DNA of 64,000 bases from an uncultured Actinomycetes bacterium (GTDB taxonomy: Bacteria; SZUA-79; Acidulodesulfobacterales; Acidulodesulfobacteraceae). Positions 27,329-36,994 of this stretch are shown in pieces; position 1 is the first letter of the stretch; each line of letters opens with the position of its first letter. Under the pieces are notes generated by a model. It did not search any database, had not been told where the DNA came from, and saw only the letters and a list, made by a program, of their open reading frames with translations. The translations under genes and the position numbers were made by a program. The stretch is from assembly GCA_964631685.1 (NCBI GenBank), contig CAZVZU010000003.1, positions 1 to 64,000 of the forward strand, given 5' to 3'.

Positions 27329-28381
27329 ATGATTAAAAAAGTCAAAAAAGTTTTTATAAACTTAGGATTTACATCGTCAATTAGAAATATTAATGGAAAA
27401 GCTAGTATCATTAGGTCCAATGCGCGACTAAATATGGTTAATTTGTGCGTGTCAGTCGGAAATTTTGTTAAAAAAATCAAATTTAGGTATTTTTTACCTT
27501 CTTTTATGGCGATTTTTATATTGATTCCAGTTGCTATATTATCTTACTACTATGTGCTTCCGATGTATTATGGCATGCTAAAGGAGCAACATGAAGTTAG
27601 TATACTTAAAAATAGAATTAGGGTTGATTATGAAAAAGACCAAATTTTTAAGATCATAGCATCGTTTCACTCAGGATTGCCTACATATGAAGAAAGTAAG
27701 ATCTCTGATCTTATCCTTCATATAGGCGGGAAATATATGATAAATCCGGCTCTAATTTTAGCGGTTATCAGGGTTGAAAGCTCTTTTAATAATTTTTCGC
27801 ATTCCAATATGGGGGCGGTTGGTTTAATGCAGATTAGGCCCGCTACTGGTCTTTATTTGATTAAAAAGTATAATATTAAATCCAAGAAATTTCACTATAA
27901 TACGAAATATATAGAATATTTGCCTGTCAGTTATTTATATAATCCCTCTTTGAATATCAGGATTGGAGCTAGATATTTATTGAGTTTGCTATATGAATTT
28001 AAAAATTTAAAGTTGGCACTGTTTGCATATAATGCCGGCCCGACCGTTGTTTTTAAGGCCATAAATTTAAGTCGAGTTAAAAATGGGTTAAATGTAGCCA
28101 GTCTCAAAGATAAACGAGATATTTTGAGTAGATCAAGGAATTCAAATCGTCTATTTTCTGATTTTTACTATGGGTATTATAAAAGAGTCGAGAAATATTT
28201 TAAGATTTATAATAAAGACATATTCAGGAATGACGGAAATTTTGAGCTTAGCTGGGGACGTAAAAATAATATCAATACTGCGTATTCAAACGATAAGGTT
28301 CAATCTTCATTGATTAATGGCAATGGTGGATATTTGGGAAGTTTAAACGGAAGCCACGCAACGTTCATAAACTATCGTTGA
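27329..28381 (+). CDS. SLT-domain lytic transglycosylase, membrane anchored
   Basis: AVIRVESSF (catalytic Glu), GAVGLMQI, NI.IG..YL, AYNAGP; exact start uncertain. Confidence 0.85.
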   Translation: MIKKVKKVFINLGFTSSIRNINGKASIIRSNARLNMVNLCVSVGNFVKKIKFRYFLPSFMAIFILIPVAILSYYYVLPMYYGMLKEQHEVSILKNRIRVDYEKDQIFKIIASFHSGLPTYEESKISDLILHIGGKYMINPALILAVIRVESSFNNFSHSNMGAVGLMQIRPATGLYLIKKYNIKSKKFHYNTKYIEYLPVSYLYNPSLNIRIGARYLLSLLYEFKNLKLALFAYNAGPTVVFKAINLSRVKNGLNVASLKDKRDILSRSRNSNRLFSDFYYGYYKRVEKYFKIYNKDIFRNDGNFELSWGRKNNINTAYSNDKVQSSLINGNGGYLGSLNGSHATFINYR

Positions 28382-28386
28382 TCGTT

Positions 28387-29340
28387 TTAAGGTTCAAGAA
28401 AGTCTAGGCTGTGTTTTTTTACATAATTAAGAGACTTAACAAAGGATATTGTCATTACAAAACAAATAATAAATACGACTAAGAAAAATCCCGCTCCGAG
28501 ACTGTGAAGATTGTGAATTTTAAGTGGCGTTATAATGCCCGCTTGTATTAATTGGGGGAACATTAATTCTAGTATTGCGGTGAAAATAAAGGCAAAACCA
28601 CCCCAAAAGAGTGTGAACCCTGATGTTTTCTTTGCGATGTATGCTATGCCTTTTTTTGGAATATCTAACGATACCATGAACCTTCCCGCGAGCATGCCGA
28701 TAATTATCTGTGTCGCCATCGTTCCTAATCCAAATAAAAGTCCCGGTAAAAATCCCACATATGCGTTTGGCATTTTAGGGGCGAGTACGGTATATACAAT
28801 AATAGCAAAAGCTCCAGTTCCCCATCCAGCAATGAACCCGTGTAGTAGTACCATATGCAATGGTATTGGTTTATCGGCTTTAGCACCGCTATTGATGTTA
28901 TTTTTGATTTTGCTTGCATATTTTGTTTTGCCATTTATGACTTTGTAGATTAAAAAATTTAACACATTAACTGCAACGCGTTGAATGCTTCCGAGTATCT
29001 CAAAATTTTTTCCGATACCTATTATATAAGCCCCGGCGTAAGACATAACAATCCCCACGAATATATATATGATCGGCATGACGCCAGGTTTAGTTAATAT
29101 TTTTCCGAGAGCAAAATATGACAGTTCGGATGCAATGGCCCGCTGAAATGTGAATGCTAATGAAAAAAGGAGCCCTGTTTTAAGCCCTCCCTTAACACTA
29201 TAACTGCCTATAGCATAGCTGAAAGTAATCGGCCAAGTATGCTCATCTGGAGTAAATCCGTGAATAACTCCCAATAGGAATGCTGTTAGCAGAATAGAAA
29301 ATATGGATGAAAAATTTTGGGGATTCCAGAGATTTATCAT
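28387..29340 (-). CDS. integral membrane protein, nickel/cobalt transporter or UreH/DsbD-like family
   Basis: TM motif G.IHG..PDEH, second LHGF motif, about 8 hydrophobic segments. Confidence 0.6.
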   Translation of the reverse strand: MINLWNPQNFSSIFSILLTAFLLGVIHGFTPDEHTWPITFSYAIGSYSVKGGLKTGLLFSLAFTFQRAIASELSYFALGKILTKPGVMPIIYIFVGIVMSYAGAYIIGIGKNFEILGSIQRVAVNVLNFLIYKVINGKTKYASKIKNNINSGAKADKPIPLHMVLLHGFIAGWGTGAFAIIVYTVLAPKMPNAYVGFLPGLLFGLGTMATQIIIGMLAGRFMVSLDIPKKGIAYIAKKTSGFTLFWGGFAFIFTAILELMFPQLIQAGIITPLKIHNLHSLGAGFFLVVFIICFVMTISFVKSLNYVKKHSLDFLEP

Positions 29341-29512
29341 ATTGATTACGAACTTAAATTACTTTATAATATTACTTGGCGAAATTATAACACAGAAATG
29401 CCATAAAACAAAAGTACGAAAGTGAATCGGAGGCGGAAAATAAAGGGCTCCGTGCGGATTTTTTTATGTAGCCGGCTTTCATAAAATAGATTTATAAAAT
29501 TAGGGGGGGTGA

Positions 29513-30181
29513 GTGAATATGGAGTTGACTGATTGTATATTGACTCGGGCATCAAAAAGGGACTTTGCTAATATTCCCGTTCCGAAGAATGTTTTAGACA
29601 AATTGTTAGAGATTTCTCTTAATGCGCCGTCATGGGCCAATTCACAGCCATGGGAGATTGCCGTTGCAACCGGTAAAACAAGCGAATCTATTAAACAAAA
29701 AATTTATAAATTGGCCATGGAAGATAATCCGGGAAACCCCGATTACCCATTTCCTGAGTTTTGGCCTGAAAGACAGTCTCTTAATATGTTTGAGACGGGT
29801 AAATATAGGTATGAAGTCCTTGGTATTTCAAGGGATGATGTAGATAAGCGCAAGGAGATTACCCTTTCAAATTATCTTTTTTTTGGCTCTCAAACTGCAA
29901 TATTTATTTATATGGATCAAAAGTTGGGGCATTGGTCGACGTTAGATTGCGGAATGTTAATTCAGAATATTCTTTTGACTGCGCACGATTTGGGTCTTGG
30001 AGCATGTCCTCAGGCTTATCTTGTCAGGTATCCCGATGTACTAAGACAAGTGTTTAAGCTGTCGGGTGATAAAAGATTTATGTTAGGTATCTCCGTAGGT
30101 TATTATAAAAAGGATAGTGCTATAAATCATATTAAGGCATCAAAGGTAAGCCTTAAAGATGCTGTAGTGTATTATGAATAA
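29513..30181 (+). CDS. nitroreductase family protein
   Basis: R.S.R.F...PVP, APSWANSQPW, DCGM..QN..L.A...GLG.C. Confidence 0.9.
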   Translation: MNMELTDCILTRASKRDFANIPVPKNVLDKLLEISLNAPSWANSQPWEIAVATGKTSESIKQKIYKLAMEDNPGNPDYPFPEFWPERQSLNMFETGKYRYEVLGISRDDVDKRKEITLSNYLFFGSQTAIFIYMDQKLGHWSTLDCGMLIQNILLTAHDLGLGACPQAYLVRYPDVLRQVFKLSGDKRFMLGISVGYYKKDSAINHIKASKVSLKDAVVYYE

Positions 30182-30485
30182 AAAATTGGCTTTTATTATC
30201 ACAAAAAATGACCACCTAAACCATATTAGGGGCTTAATTAAGTCTGCCGCAAAAAAGGATATCGATATAGCTGTTTTTATTATGGATGAAGGGGTATTCC
30301 TAACCGAGGATAATGAGTTTATTTCAATTATCAAGGAAAATAGTGTTAATGTGGTAGTTTGCGAACATTCCTGTAATGTCAATGGAGTAATGTCAAGGGT
30401 GGACGGGTTTAATTACGCATCTCAATTTGAAAATGCTAAGATGATTAACGGTTTAAAGGAGTCCGATAGGTTGGTTAAGTTTTAA
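30174..30485 (+). CDS. DsrE-like small protein
   Basis: V.VF.MDEGV.L and V.VCEHS motifs; 8-nt overlap with the nitroreductase. Confidence 0.7.
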   Translation: MNKKLAFIITKNDHLNHIRGLIKSAAKKDIDIAVFIMDEGVFLTEDNEFISIIKENSVNVVVCEHSCNVNGVMSRVDGFNYASQFENAKMINGLKESDRLVKF

Positions 30486-30692
30486 TTTCTTACAAAATTA
30501 TCTTCTGGTTGCATGCCGCGGCGTCGTTAATATCGGTGTTGATGTGATGTAAATAAAATAACTAAAAAGTAAAATTAAGATATTGCTATTTCGGCATTTT
30601 TTTGTTAACATACTGAAAGCGTAGTAGTTGTGTGTATATTCTTGATATTTTTTAAATGACTAACTAAATTAATAGCTTAAAAGGGGGGTTAA

Positions 30693-30833
30693 ATGGAAGA
30701 CAATAAGCATTTTGTCAGGATGACTTGGATTGTGGTTATTATTGGTATTATCGTGATAGTTGGGCTTGGAATTTTTGCTGCAACCGGGCTGAACTACTCC
30801 TTTCCGAATTTGACTAATCTACTCCCTTTATAG
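30693..30833 (+). CDS. 46-aa single-pass membrane protein, not in ORF track (MEDNKHFVRMTWIVVIIGIIVIVGLGIFAATGLNYSFPNLTNLLPL)
   Basis: AAGGGGGG SD, ATG 30693, TAG 30831-30833, one clear TM helix. Confidence 0.65.
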   Translation: MEDNKHFVRMTWIVVIIGIIVIVGLGIFAATGLNYSFPNLTNLLPL

Positions 30834-30879
30834 GTAATGTTATCGGTGTGTAGGTTATAACATCGTATAGACCTTTTTA

Positions 30880-30955
30880 GAGCCGCTAGCTCAGCTGGTA
30901 GAGCACCTGACTTTTAATCAGGTGGTCGTGGGTTCGACCCCCGCGCGGCTCACCA
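30880..30955 (+). tRNA. tRNA-Lys(TTT)
   Basis: GAGCCGC/GCGGCTC acceptor, CCTGA-CT-TTT-AA-TCAGG, GGTTCGACCC, CCA. Confidence 0.97.
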
Positions 30956-31005
30956 CTCAAAATTGCAGTAAATCACGTTTTTGTAAGTAAATAATTAAAT
31001 ATTTT

Positions 31006-31042
31006 AAATCGCCCTTCTCCTTAATCGGAAGGGCGATTTTTT
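31006..31042. terminator. intrinsic terminator, probably bidirectional, between tRNA-Lys and the convergent rubredoxin-like gene
   Basis: AAATCGCCCTTC-10 nt-GAAGGGCGATTT followed by TTT. Confidence 0.8.
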
Positions 31043-31086
31043 AATTATTTAAAAAGATTTACTATTAAATAAAAGATAACTACCCA

Positions 31087-31419
31087 TTAGCCCCATTTTT
31101 GTTTATTGATGTGCACTGTTATTTCAGCTTTAGACATTTGCCTAATTTCCCATGCGGCTTTTTTTGCCTTTTGAAACACATCTATGCATCCGGGGTCAAG
31201 ATTATCTTTAATTCCCGCTTCTGCAACCTCTATAGCTTTTGTGAGAAGATGGGTTAAATTCATATGCAACTGATTTGTTTTTCTTGAACGTTCAATAAGT
31301 TTTTCTATGTCTGCGGCAATCTGTTCAAATTTTTCTTTTGGCGCTCCGCATTTGGGACAAATATCGGGCGCTGAGTCGCCATCATGAATGTAACCGCACA
31401 TAGAACATTTCCACTTCAT
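31087..31419 (-). CDS. rubredoxin-like Fe(Cys)4 domain protein with C-terminal helical extension
   Basis: WKCSMCGYIH...P..CPKCGA...F; GGAGG SD. Confidence 0.85.
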   Translation of the reverse strand: MKWKCSMCGYIHDGDSAPDICPKCGAPKEKFEQIAADIEKLIERSRKTNQLHMNLTHLLTKAIEVAEAGIKDNLDPGCIDVFQKAKKAAWEIRQMSKAEITVHINKQKWG

Positions 31420-31634
31420 AAAATACCTCCGTAATTTTTAGATTATTTACAACTAAGCCAAGTCTGTAAATCTAAACTGCAGAACTGTTATCGATCTTAT
31501 CATAAAAAAAACTAAATACAAGTGCAGTATTACTTTGCTATTGTAATATATTGAGCATTTATATGCGTAATATCGTTCAAACAGTAGGCAGCGTGATGAA
31601 TAATCATACTAAGATCAATCTAAAAATGCGTTAA

Positions 31635-31663
31635 TTGACAATATGTATGCCAAAATATATAAT
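31635..31663 (+). promoter_or_regulatory. consensus sigma70 promoter upstream of thiE-thiC
   Basis: TTGACA(31635-31640)-17 nt-TATAAT(31658-31663). Confidence 0.8.
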
Positions 31664-31716
31664 TAAAGGGAAGCATTACATATGGTGGTTTTGTATAATA
31701 ATTTTTTATTCTCTTT

Positions 31717-32325
31717 ATGGATTTTAATATTTACTTAATCGGTGATAAGAATCTTTTTAAGAACGAAAATAAATATTTAGATGTTTTAGATGAATGTTTT
31801 GATAGTGGGATAAAGGCTTTTCAACTGAGGCAAAAAGATATTAGCATCAAAGAGCTTATCACGCTGGGAAGGAAGATTAAAAAAATAATAGATAAATACA
31901 GTGGGATAAAGCTCTTTATAAATGACAGAGTAGATGTTGCATTAGCTCTTAATGCATACGGGGTGCATTTAAACAAAAACAGCATTCCGATTGTGACTGT
32001 TAAAAAAGAATTAAAGGATCTTAAGGTTTTTTATTCCGCGCATTCCGTTTTTGAGGTGACTACCGCATGGAATGACGGAGCGGATGCGGTAACATTTAGC
32101 CCGATTTTTAAAACTAAAAACCAGAATTTTGGGCAGGGGATCGATGTATTAAAAAAGGTGGTAAATTCGGTGAATATTCCTGTTTTTGCTCTTGGGGGGA
32201 TCAATAAGTGTAATGTGGGAACGGTTAAGGATGCAGGCGTAAAACATATAGCTGTAATGTCCGGAATACTTAAAGAGGATAATATTCACGTAACGGTTAA
32301 ATCTTTATTAGATAATTTTATTTAA
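31717..32325 (+). CDS. thiE: thiamine-phosphate synthase (ThiE/TenI family)
   Basis: QLRQK, INDRVDVA, GVHL, SAHS, SPIF.T, PVFALGGI. Confidence 0.82.
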   Translation: MDFNIYLIGDKNLFKNENKYLDVLDECFDSGIKAFQLRQKDISIKELITLGRKIKKIIDKYSGIKLFINDRVDVALALNAYGVHLNKNSIPIVTVKKELKDLKVFYSAHSVFEVTTAWNDGADAVTFSPIFKTKNQNFGQGIDVLKKVVNSVNIPVFALGGINKCNVGTVKDAGVKHIAVMSGILKEDNIHVTVKSLLDNFI

Positions 32326-32420
32326 ATGATACTCAAGCGAATAAGTCTGTGTCAATAATATTCGGTTTGTTTTATAAATAATACAGAGAATGGTATAATA
32401 CAAAAAGTGGGGAAGAATAT

Positions 32421-33710
32421 ATGAGTCAGATAGAATCTGCTAGAAACAATATAATAACAAATGAGATGAGGTATTGCGCGGAGACGGAAGGTATCCCTCC
32501 GGAGCAGATTTGTCAAGATATCATGAACGGCTACACCGTTATAACCAAAAACGACATTAGAGACATAAAACCACTCGCGATAGGCAAAAATTTAAAGACA
32601 AAGGTAAATGCAAATATCGGTTCATCTGGGGATAATTGCAATATTGATTTAGAATTAGAAAAATTGTTTGCGTCCATAGATAATGGAGCAGATGCTGTTA
32701 TGGACCTGTCTACGGGTGGTAATATTACAGAGTTTAGGCGTGAGATACTTAAAAATTCATCAATTCCTTTGGGCACAGTCCCTTTATACGAAGCGTTTCA
32801 ACCATTAATGGAAAAGGGTGATTCTGACATTTTTGGACTTATAGATAAATTTGATAAGGAATATCTTTTTGAAGTTATTGAAAGGCAGTGCGAAGAGGGT
32901 GTTGATTTTATTACCGTTCATTGCGGTTTAACCCTGGAAACCGTGAGAAAAATGAATCGCCAGACGAGAATCATGGGGATAGTCTCAAGAGGAGGGTCAC
33001 TGATTGCATCGTGGATGGTAAGAAATAATCGGGAAAATCCGCTTTATGATGAGTATGACAGGCTTTTAAAGATTGCAAAGAAGAACGATGTTGTGTTGAG
33101 TCTTGGTGACGGACTAAGACCGGGAAGCCTTGCCGATGCGACGGATAGAGCTCAGGTTTCCGAATTAATTACGCTTGGCGAGCTTCAGCAAAGGGCGCTT
33201 GAGGCGGATGTCCAGGTGATAATAGAGGGACCCGGGCATGTTCCGTTAAATCAAATTGAAACAAACATAAAATTAGAAAAAAGCCTTTGTAACGGCGCTC
33301 CATTTTATGTTTTGGGTCCATTAGTTACTGATATAGCGCCTGGTTATGACCACATTACAAGTGCGATAGGCGGAGCAATTGCCGCTGGTGCCGGTGCCGA
33401 TTTTTTATGCTATGTTACCCCCGCGGAACACTTAAGACTCCCCTCGGTTGCCGATGTTAAAGAGGGTGTAATTGCAGCCAAGATTGCGGCGCATGCCGGG
33501 GATATTGCCAAGGGAGTAAAGGGTGCAATAGAAATGGATATAGAGATGAGTAATAATAGGCGCGCAATGGATTGGGAAGCGCAATATAAAGGCTCAATAG
33601 ACCCTGGGAAATCGAGAGAGATGAGAGCTGCTTTACCCCTCAAAGATGACAAGGTTTGCTCTATGTGTTCATCCTATTGTTCTATAAAATTAAATGATTC
33701 TTTAAGATAA
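32421..33710 (+). CDS. thiC: phosphomethylpyrimidine synthase
   Basis: KVNANIG, MDLSTGG, GIVSRGGS, EGPGHVP, GYDHITSAIG, CSMC...C. Confidence 0.97.
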   Translation: MSQIESARNNIITNEMRYCAETEGIPPEQICQDIMNGYTVITKNDIRDIKPLAIGKNLKTKVNANIGSSGDNCNIDLELEKLFASIDNGADAVMDLSTGGNITEFRREILKNSSIPLGTVPLYEAFQPLMEKGDSDIFGLIDKFDKEYLFEVIERQCEEGVDFITVHCGLTLETVRKMNRQTRIMGIVSRGGSLIASWMVRNNRENPLYDEYDRLLKIAKKNDVVLSLGDGLRPGSLADATDRAQVSELITLGELQQRALEADVQVIIEGPGHVPLNQIETNIKLEKSLCNGAPFYVLGPLVTDIAPGYDHITSAIGGAIAAGAGADFLCYVTPAEHLRLPSVADVKEGVIAAKIAAHAGDIAKGVKGAIEMDIEMSNNRRAMDWEAQYKGSIDPGKSREMRAALPLKDDKVCSMCSSYCSIKLNDSLR

Positions 33711-33716
33711 AAAAAT

Positions 33717-34694
33717 ATGGATAAGTTTGATTACGATTCGCCGAATGAAATTGGCACTGCTCACCTATTTCCTTTATTAATCAAGGAAATCAAAAGGGCG
33801 AATGATTTCATGTCCGATGTGTACAATGATTATAAATCGCAAAATTCAAGCAGACGAGAGGATGAATTTGAAATTATAAGATATAGACCGGGGGATCTCG
33901 AGACATACGGGTCTTTTAAATTTTTCAAGGTAAACAATAAGAGCATTTTAAAGCCTCTGATCGATTTTCCGTCCAAGGGCGTATCGGGGTCTGCTACATT
34001 GTTTTTGGCGGACTTTATTGGGATCGATGACATAATGAAGGGTGTATTTCAAAATACAATAAAGTTTGCGTCGGGAAAATCCGCTAACAATGTGCTTTTA
34101 TGGGGAGATAGGGGAACGGGCAAGTCTTCGCTCGTCAGGGCTATCGCAAAGTCTTTCAATGAAGAGCCTTATATTTATAAGGTTAAATTTATAGAGGTTG
34201 TTGAGGATACCGCAGAATTTATATATGAATTGCTTACGATTATAAAAACAAAACCCTATAGGTTTATATTGGTTTTTGACGATATCGCTTTTGATGCAGA
34301 TTCATTATTTTATAAAAAACTTAAGTCCATTCTGGACGGCGGATTAGATGAATTGCCGGAAAATGTAATTATTTATGCAACATCCAACAAGCGGCATCTT
34401 ACGACCGAAAAATTTTCGCAAGAAAATTTAGATGCCGACTATATCCATCCTGAGGAAGAAGTAGAGGAAGGCCTTTCTTTGAGTGATAGATTTGGATTGA
34501 CTTACGGATTATACAGTTTTAGTCCGGAGGTTTACCTGAAAATAGTCGAAATGTATCTAAAAAAATACAATATTAAGATTTTAAGCATTGACATGGATAG
34601 CGCAAGAAAGGACGCAATTAATTTTGCGGCAATAAAAGGTTCTCGTTCTGGCAGAACAGCAAAGCAGTTTGCCATAAGTCTGATAAAAGATTAG
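33717..34694 (+). CDS. AAA+ ATPase, DUF815 family
   Basis: ANNVLLWGDRGTGKSS, F.DD..F, LKS.LDGG, YATSNKRHL, SLSDRFGL, RSGR.A.QF. Confidence 0.88.
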   Translation: MDKFDYDSPNEIGTAHLFPLLIKEIKRANDFMSDVYNDYKSQNSSRREDEFEIIRYRPGDLETYGSFKFFKVNNKSILKPLIDFPSKGVSGSATLFLADFIGIDDIMKGVFQNTIKFASGKSANNVLLWGDRGTGKSSLVRAIAKSFNEEPYIYKVKFIEVVEDTAEFIYELLTIIKTKPYRFILVFDDIAFDADSLFYKKLKSILDGGLDELPENVIIYATSNKRHLTTEKFSQENLDADYIHPEEEVEEGLSLSDRFGLTYGLYSFSPEVYLKIVEMYLKKYNIKILSIDMDSARKDAINFAAIKGSRSGRTAKQFAISLIKD

Positions 34695-34742
34695 GATTAA
34701 AATCATCTATTTTTAGAAGACAATAGGGAAATAGGCAATTTT

Positions 34743-36974
34743 ATGTCAGATATAAAATATTCATCAGGTTTTAGACCGAAAATGAGTATAAGAAGGAAGT
34801 TTATCCTTTCTTTTTCGTTAGCGGTGCTCTTTCCTTTGGTGCTTCTTGCGGTTGCTAATACCTTTATTTTTAATAGACAAATAAAACAAGAGAGTCTTAA
34901 TAAGGTTAAAATTACGTTAAGCGGTGCTCGCAGAATTTACTATTCCCAGGGAGACCAGCTCAAAAATGCCTTTCTGGTTAGTTCATATAATCCTTATTTA
35001 ATCCACGCTATTACGCATAGAAATATACAATTTATAAGTAGCCTGATTCAATCTTATAAGAATGCATTTGTTTTTGCGGACTATATAGGCATCACCGATA
35101 ACGACGGTAATGTCCTTGCCTCGACTTCCGGTATTGCTAATTTTAAACCCTCGTTGGGCGGGATTATTTTTAATGTTTTTAGTACCGGTTTCCCGATTGT
35201 CAAGACAGCCCTAATTCGAAAGATAGGGCTGATAAAGATGGGTATCAAGACTTCCGGAGATAAACAGGGTATGTTTCTAGTTACTGTCGTTCCGTTCATA
35301 CATGATAATAGGGTAATAGGTTCAATATTCGGTCTGGTTGACTTAAATGATAACAATTACTTGCCGGAAGCTATCTATAATGAATATCATCTTAAAACGG
35401 CTGTTTTTGCTTCTGTGTTTAATAGACAGGTGTGTCTTTCCACTCTGAAAATACCTGGAAATGTTTTCGGGATAGGTTCAAAACTTCCTGATTATATTCT
35501 CACTGAAATTCAAGGCGGAAAGAATTTTATTAGAGAGATAAACTACAATGGAAAGGATATTTTTGCCGCTTTTCACCCGGTAAAGAATATAAATGGACAC
35601 GTTGTAGGTTCTATCGCCGTTTTTGTTTCGAATAGGGCATATCTGTCTGTTTTTAGACAAACCGCATTGTATGCTTCTATAATTATTATTATAGGTTTAA
35701 TTATCTCATTCTTCATCTCATATTTTGCTTCCAAAGATACCTTGAATCCTATATTCGCAATAACTAAGGCTATAAAAAACTTCACGCAAGGTGAGCTTGA
35801 TACAAGACTTATCATAAAAACAAATGATGAATTCGAAAGTATCGGTGATGGTTTTACGAAGATGGCCGAGACGGTTAGGGATAGGGAAGAAAGAATGGAA
35901 AAATATAATATCTTTTCCAATTTCTTGGTAGGTTCATTGGATTTTGATGAGATAATTTCATCCGTCCTAGATATTTTAGAGGATCTTTTGAGCCTTTCAT
36001 CCGGGGTAGTATACATTTACGACGATGACGGCTTATCGATATCCAAAACCACAGCAGAAAACCCAGAGCAATCTAAGGGTTTTCTGATTCCATGGAAATT
36101 TTACGGAATAAGGAAGTTTGTTGCCAATCAATTTGCTGCCGACGAGGGAGTTGCAGGGCATTGCCTCCAAAAAAGAAAAACAGTATGGTTTCAAGATATT
36201 CCGGAAAATGCAGTAATGTTTAAGGATAGCCTGCTTGAGGATGATTCTGCGGGAAAGGTTATAGATTACGGTTTTTGTGAAGTTTTTCCAAAGGATATAG
36301 TGTGGGTGCCACTATACGTTGGGGATGTCAATATAGGTGTCTTAATGGTGTCTAGCCTGAAGGGATATCGCAAGGACGATATCTTATTTTTAGAACATGC
36401 GGCAAAGGAGTTTTCTGTCGCATTAGATAGTGCAAAATTGCATAAGAAGCTTAATATGCTAAGCATCACAGATGAACTAACAGGGCTCTATAATAGGCGA
36501 AAAATGGATGAGATACTAAAAAGAGAGTTTGACGAGGCCAAAAGATATGAAAACAGTTTATCGGTTATGATGCTGGATGTTGATTATTTCAAGGCTATCA
36601 ACGATAATTACGGACACAGGGCGGGCGATGCAGTTCTATCGGGATTAGGCGATATTTTAAAACAAAGTGTAAGGAATATTGACGTAGTGGCGAGATACGG
36701 GGGCGAAGAGTTTGTAATTATTTTACCGCAAACCGATTTTCAAGATGCGGTTGCAGTGGCTAAAAAGATAAAGAATATCGTAGAAAATAATAAATTTGAC
36801 CTAATAGACGGGAAAATAACAGTTTCAATAGGATTAACTTCGTTGCCCAATGAGGACATCAAAAGTGTTGGTGAAATCTTAAAAATGGCTGATAATTTTC
36901 TTTATGAGGCAAAAGATGGTGGAAGAAATATGATTATTGGCTCATTTGCTGGTAAAAGGGTTGAAATCAACTAA
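34743..36974 (+). CDS. membrane sensor diguanylate cyclase (Cache-like, HAMP, GAF, GGDEF)
   Basis: two TM helices flanking a periplasmic domain, HAMP (DEF..I...F..M), GAF, TDELTGLYNRR, RNID I-site, RYGGEEF. Confidence 0.9.
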   Translation: MSDIKYSSGFRPKMSIRRKFILSFSLAVLFPLVLLAVANTFIFNRQIKQESLNKVKITLSGARRIYYSQGDQLKNAFLVSSYNPYLIHAITHRNIQFISSLIQSYKNAFVFADYIGITDNDGNVLASTSGIANFKPSLGGIIFNVFSTGFPIVKTALIRKIGLIKMGIKTSGDKQGMFLVTVVPFIHDNRVIGSIFGLVDLNDNNYLPEAIYNEYHLKTAVFASVFNRQVCLSTLKIPGNVFGIGSKLPDYILTEIQGGKNFIREINYNGKDIFAAFHPVKNINGHVVGSIAVFVSNRAYLSVFRQTALYASIIIIIGLIISFFISYFASKDTLNPIFAITKAIKNFTQGELDTRLIIKTNDEFESIGDGFTKMAETVRDREERMEKYNIFSNFLVGSLDFDEIISSVLDILEDLLSLSSGVVYIYDDDGLSISKTTAENPEQSKGFLIPWKFYGIRKFVANQFAADEGVAGHCLQKRKTVWFQDIPENAVMFKDSLLEDDSAGKVIDYGFCEVFPKDIVWVPLYVGDVNIGVLMVSSLKGYRKDDILFLEHAAKEFSVALDSAKLHKKLNMLSITDELTGLYNRRKMDEILKREFDEAKRYENSLSVMMLDVDYFKAINDNYGHRAGDAVLSGLGDILKQSVRNIDVVARYGGEEFVIILPQTDFQDAVAVAKKIKNIVENNKFDLIDGKITVSIGLTSLPNEDIKSVGEILKMADNFLYEAKDGGRNMIIGSFAGKRVEIN

Positions 36975-36994
36975 AATAGTAAATCACTAACTAT

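Noticed and set aside
29424..29466. Terminator- or riboswitch-like hairpin in the nitroreductase leader
   Set aside because: The stem is short and irregular (CGGAG/CTCCG) and matches no aptamer I recognise.
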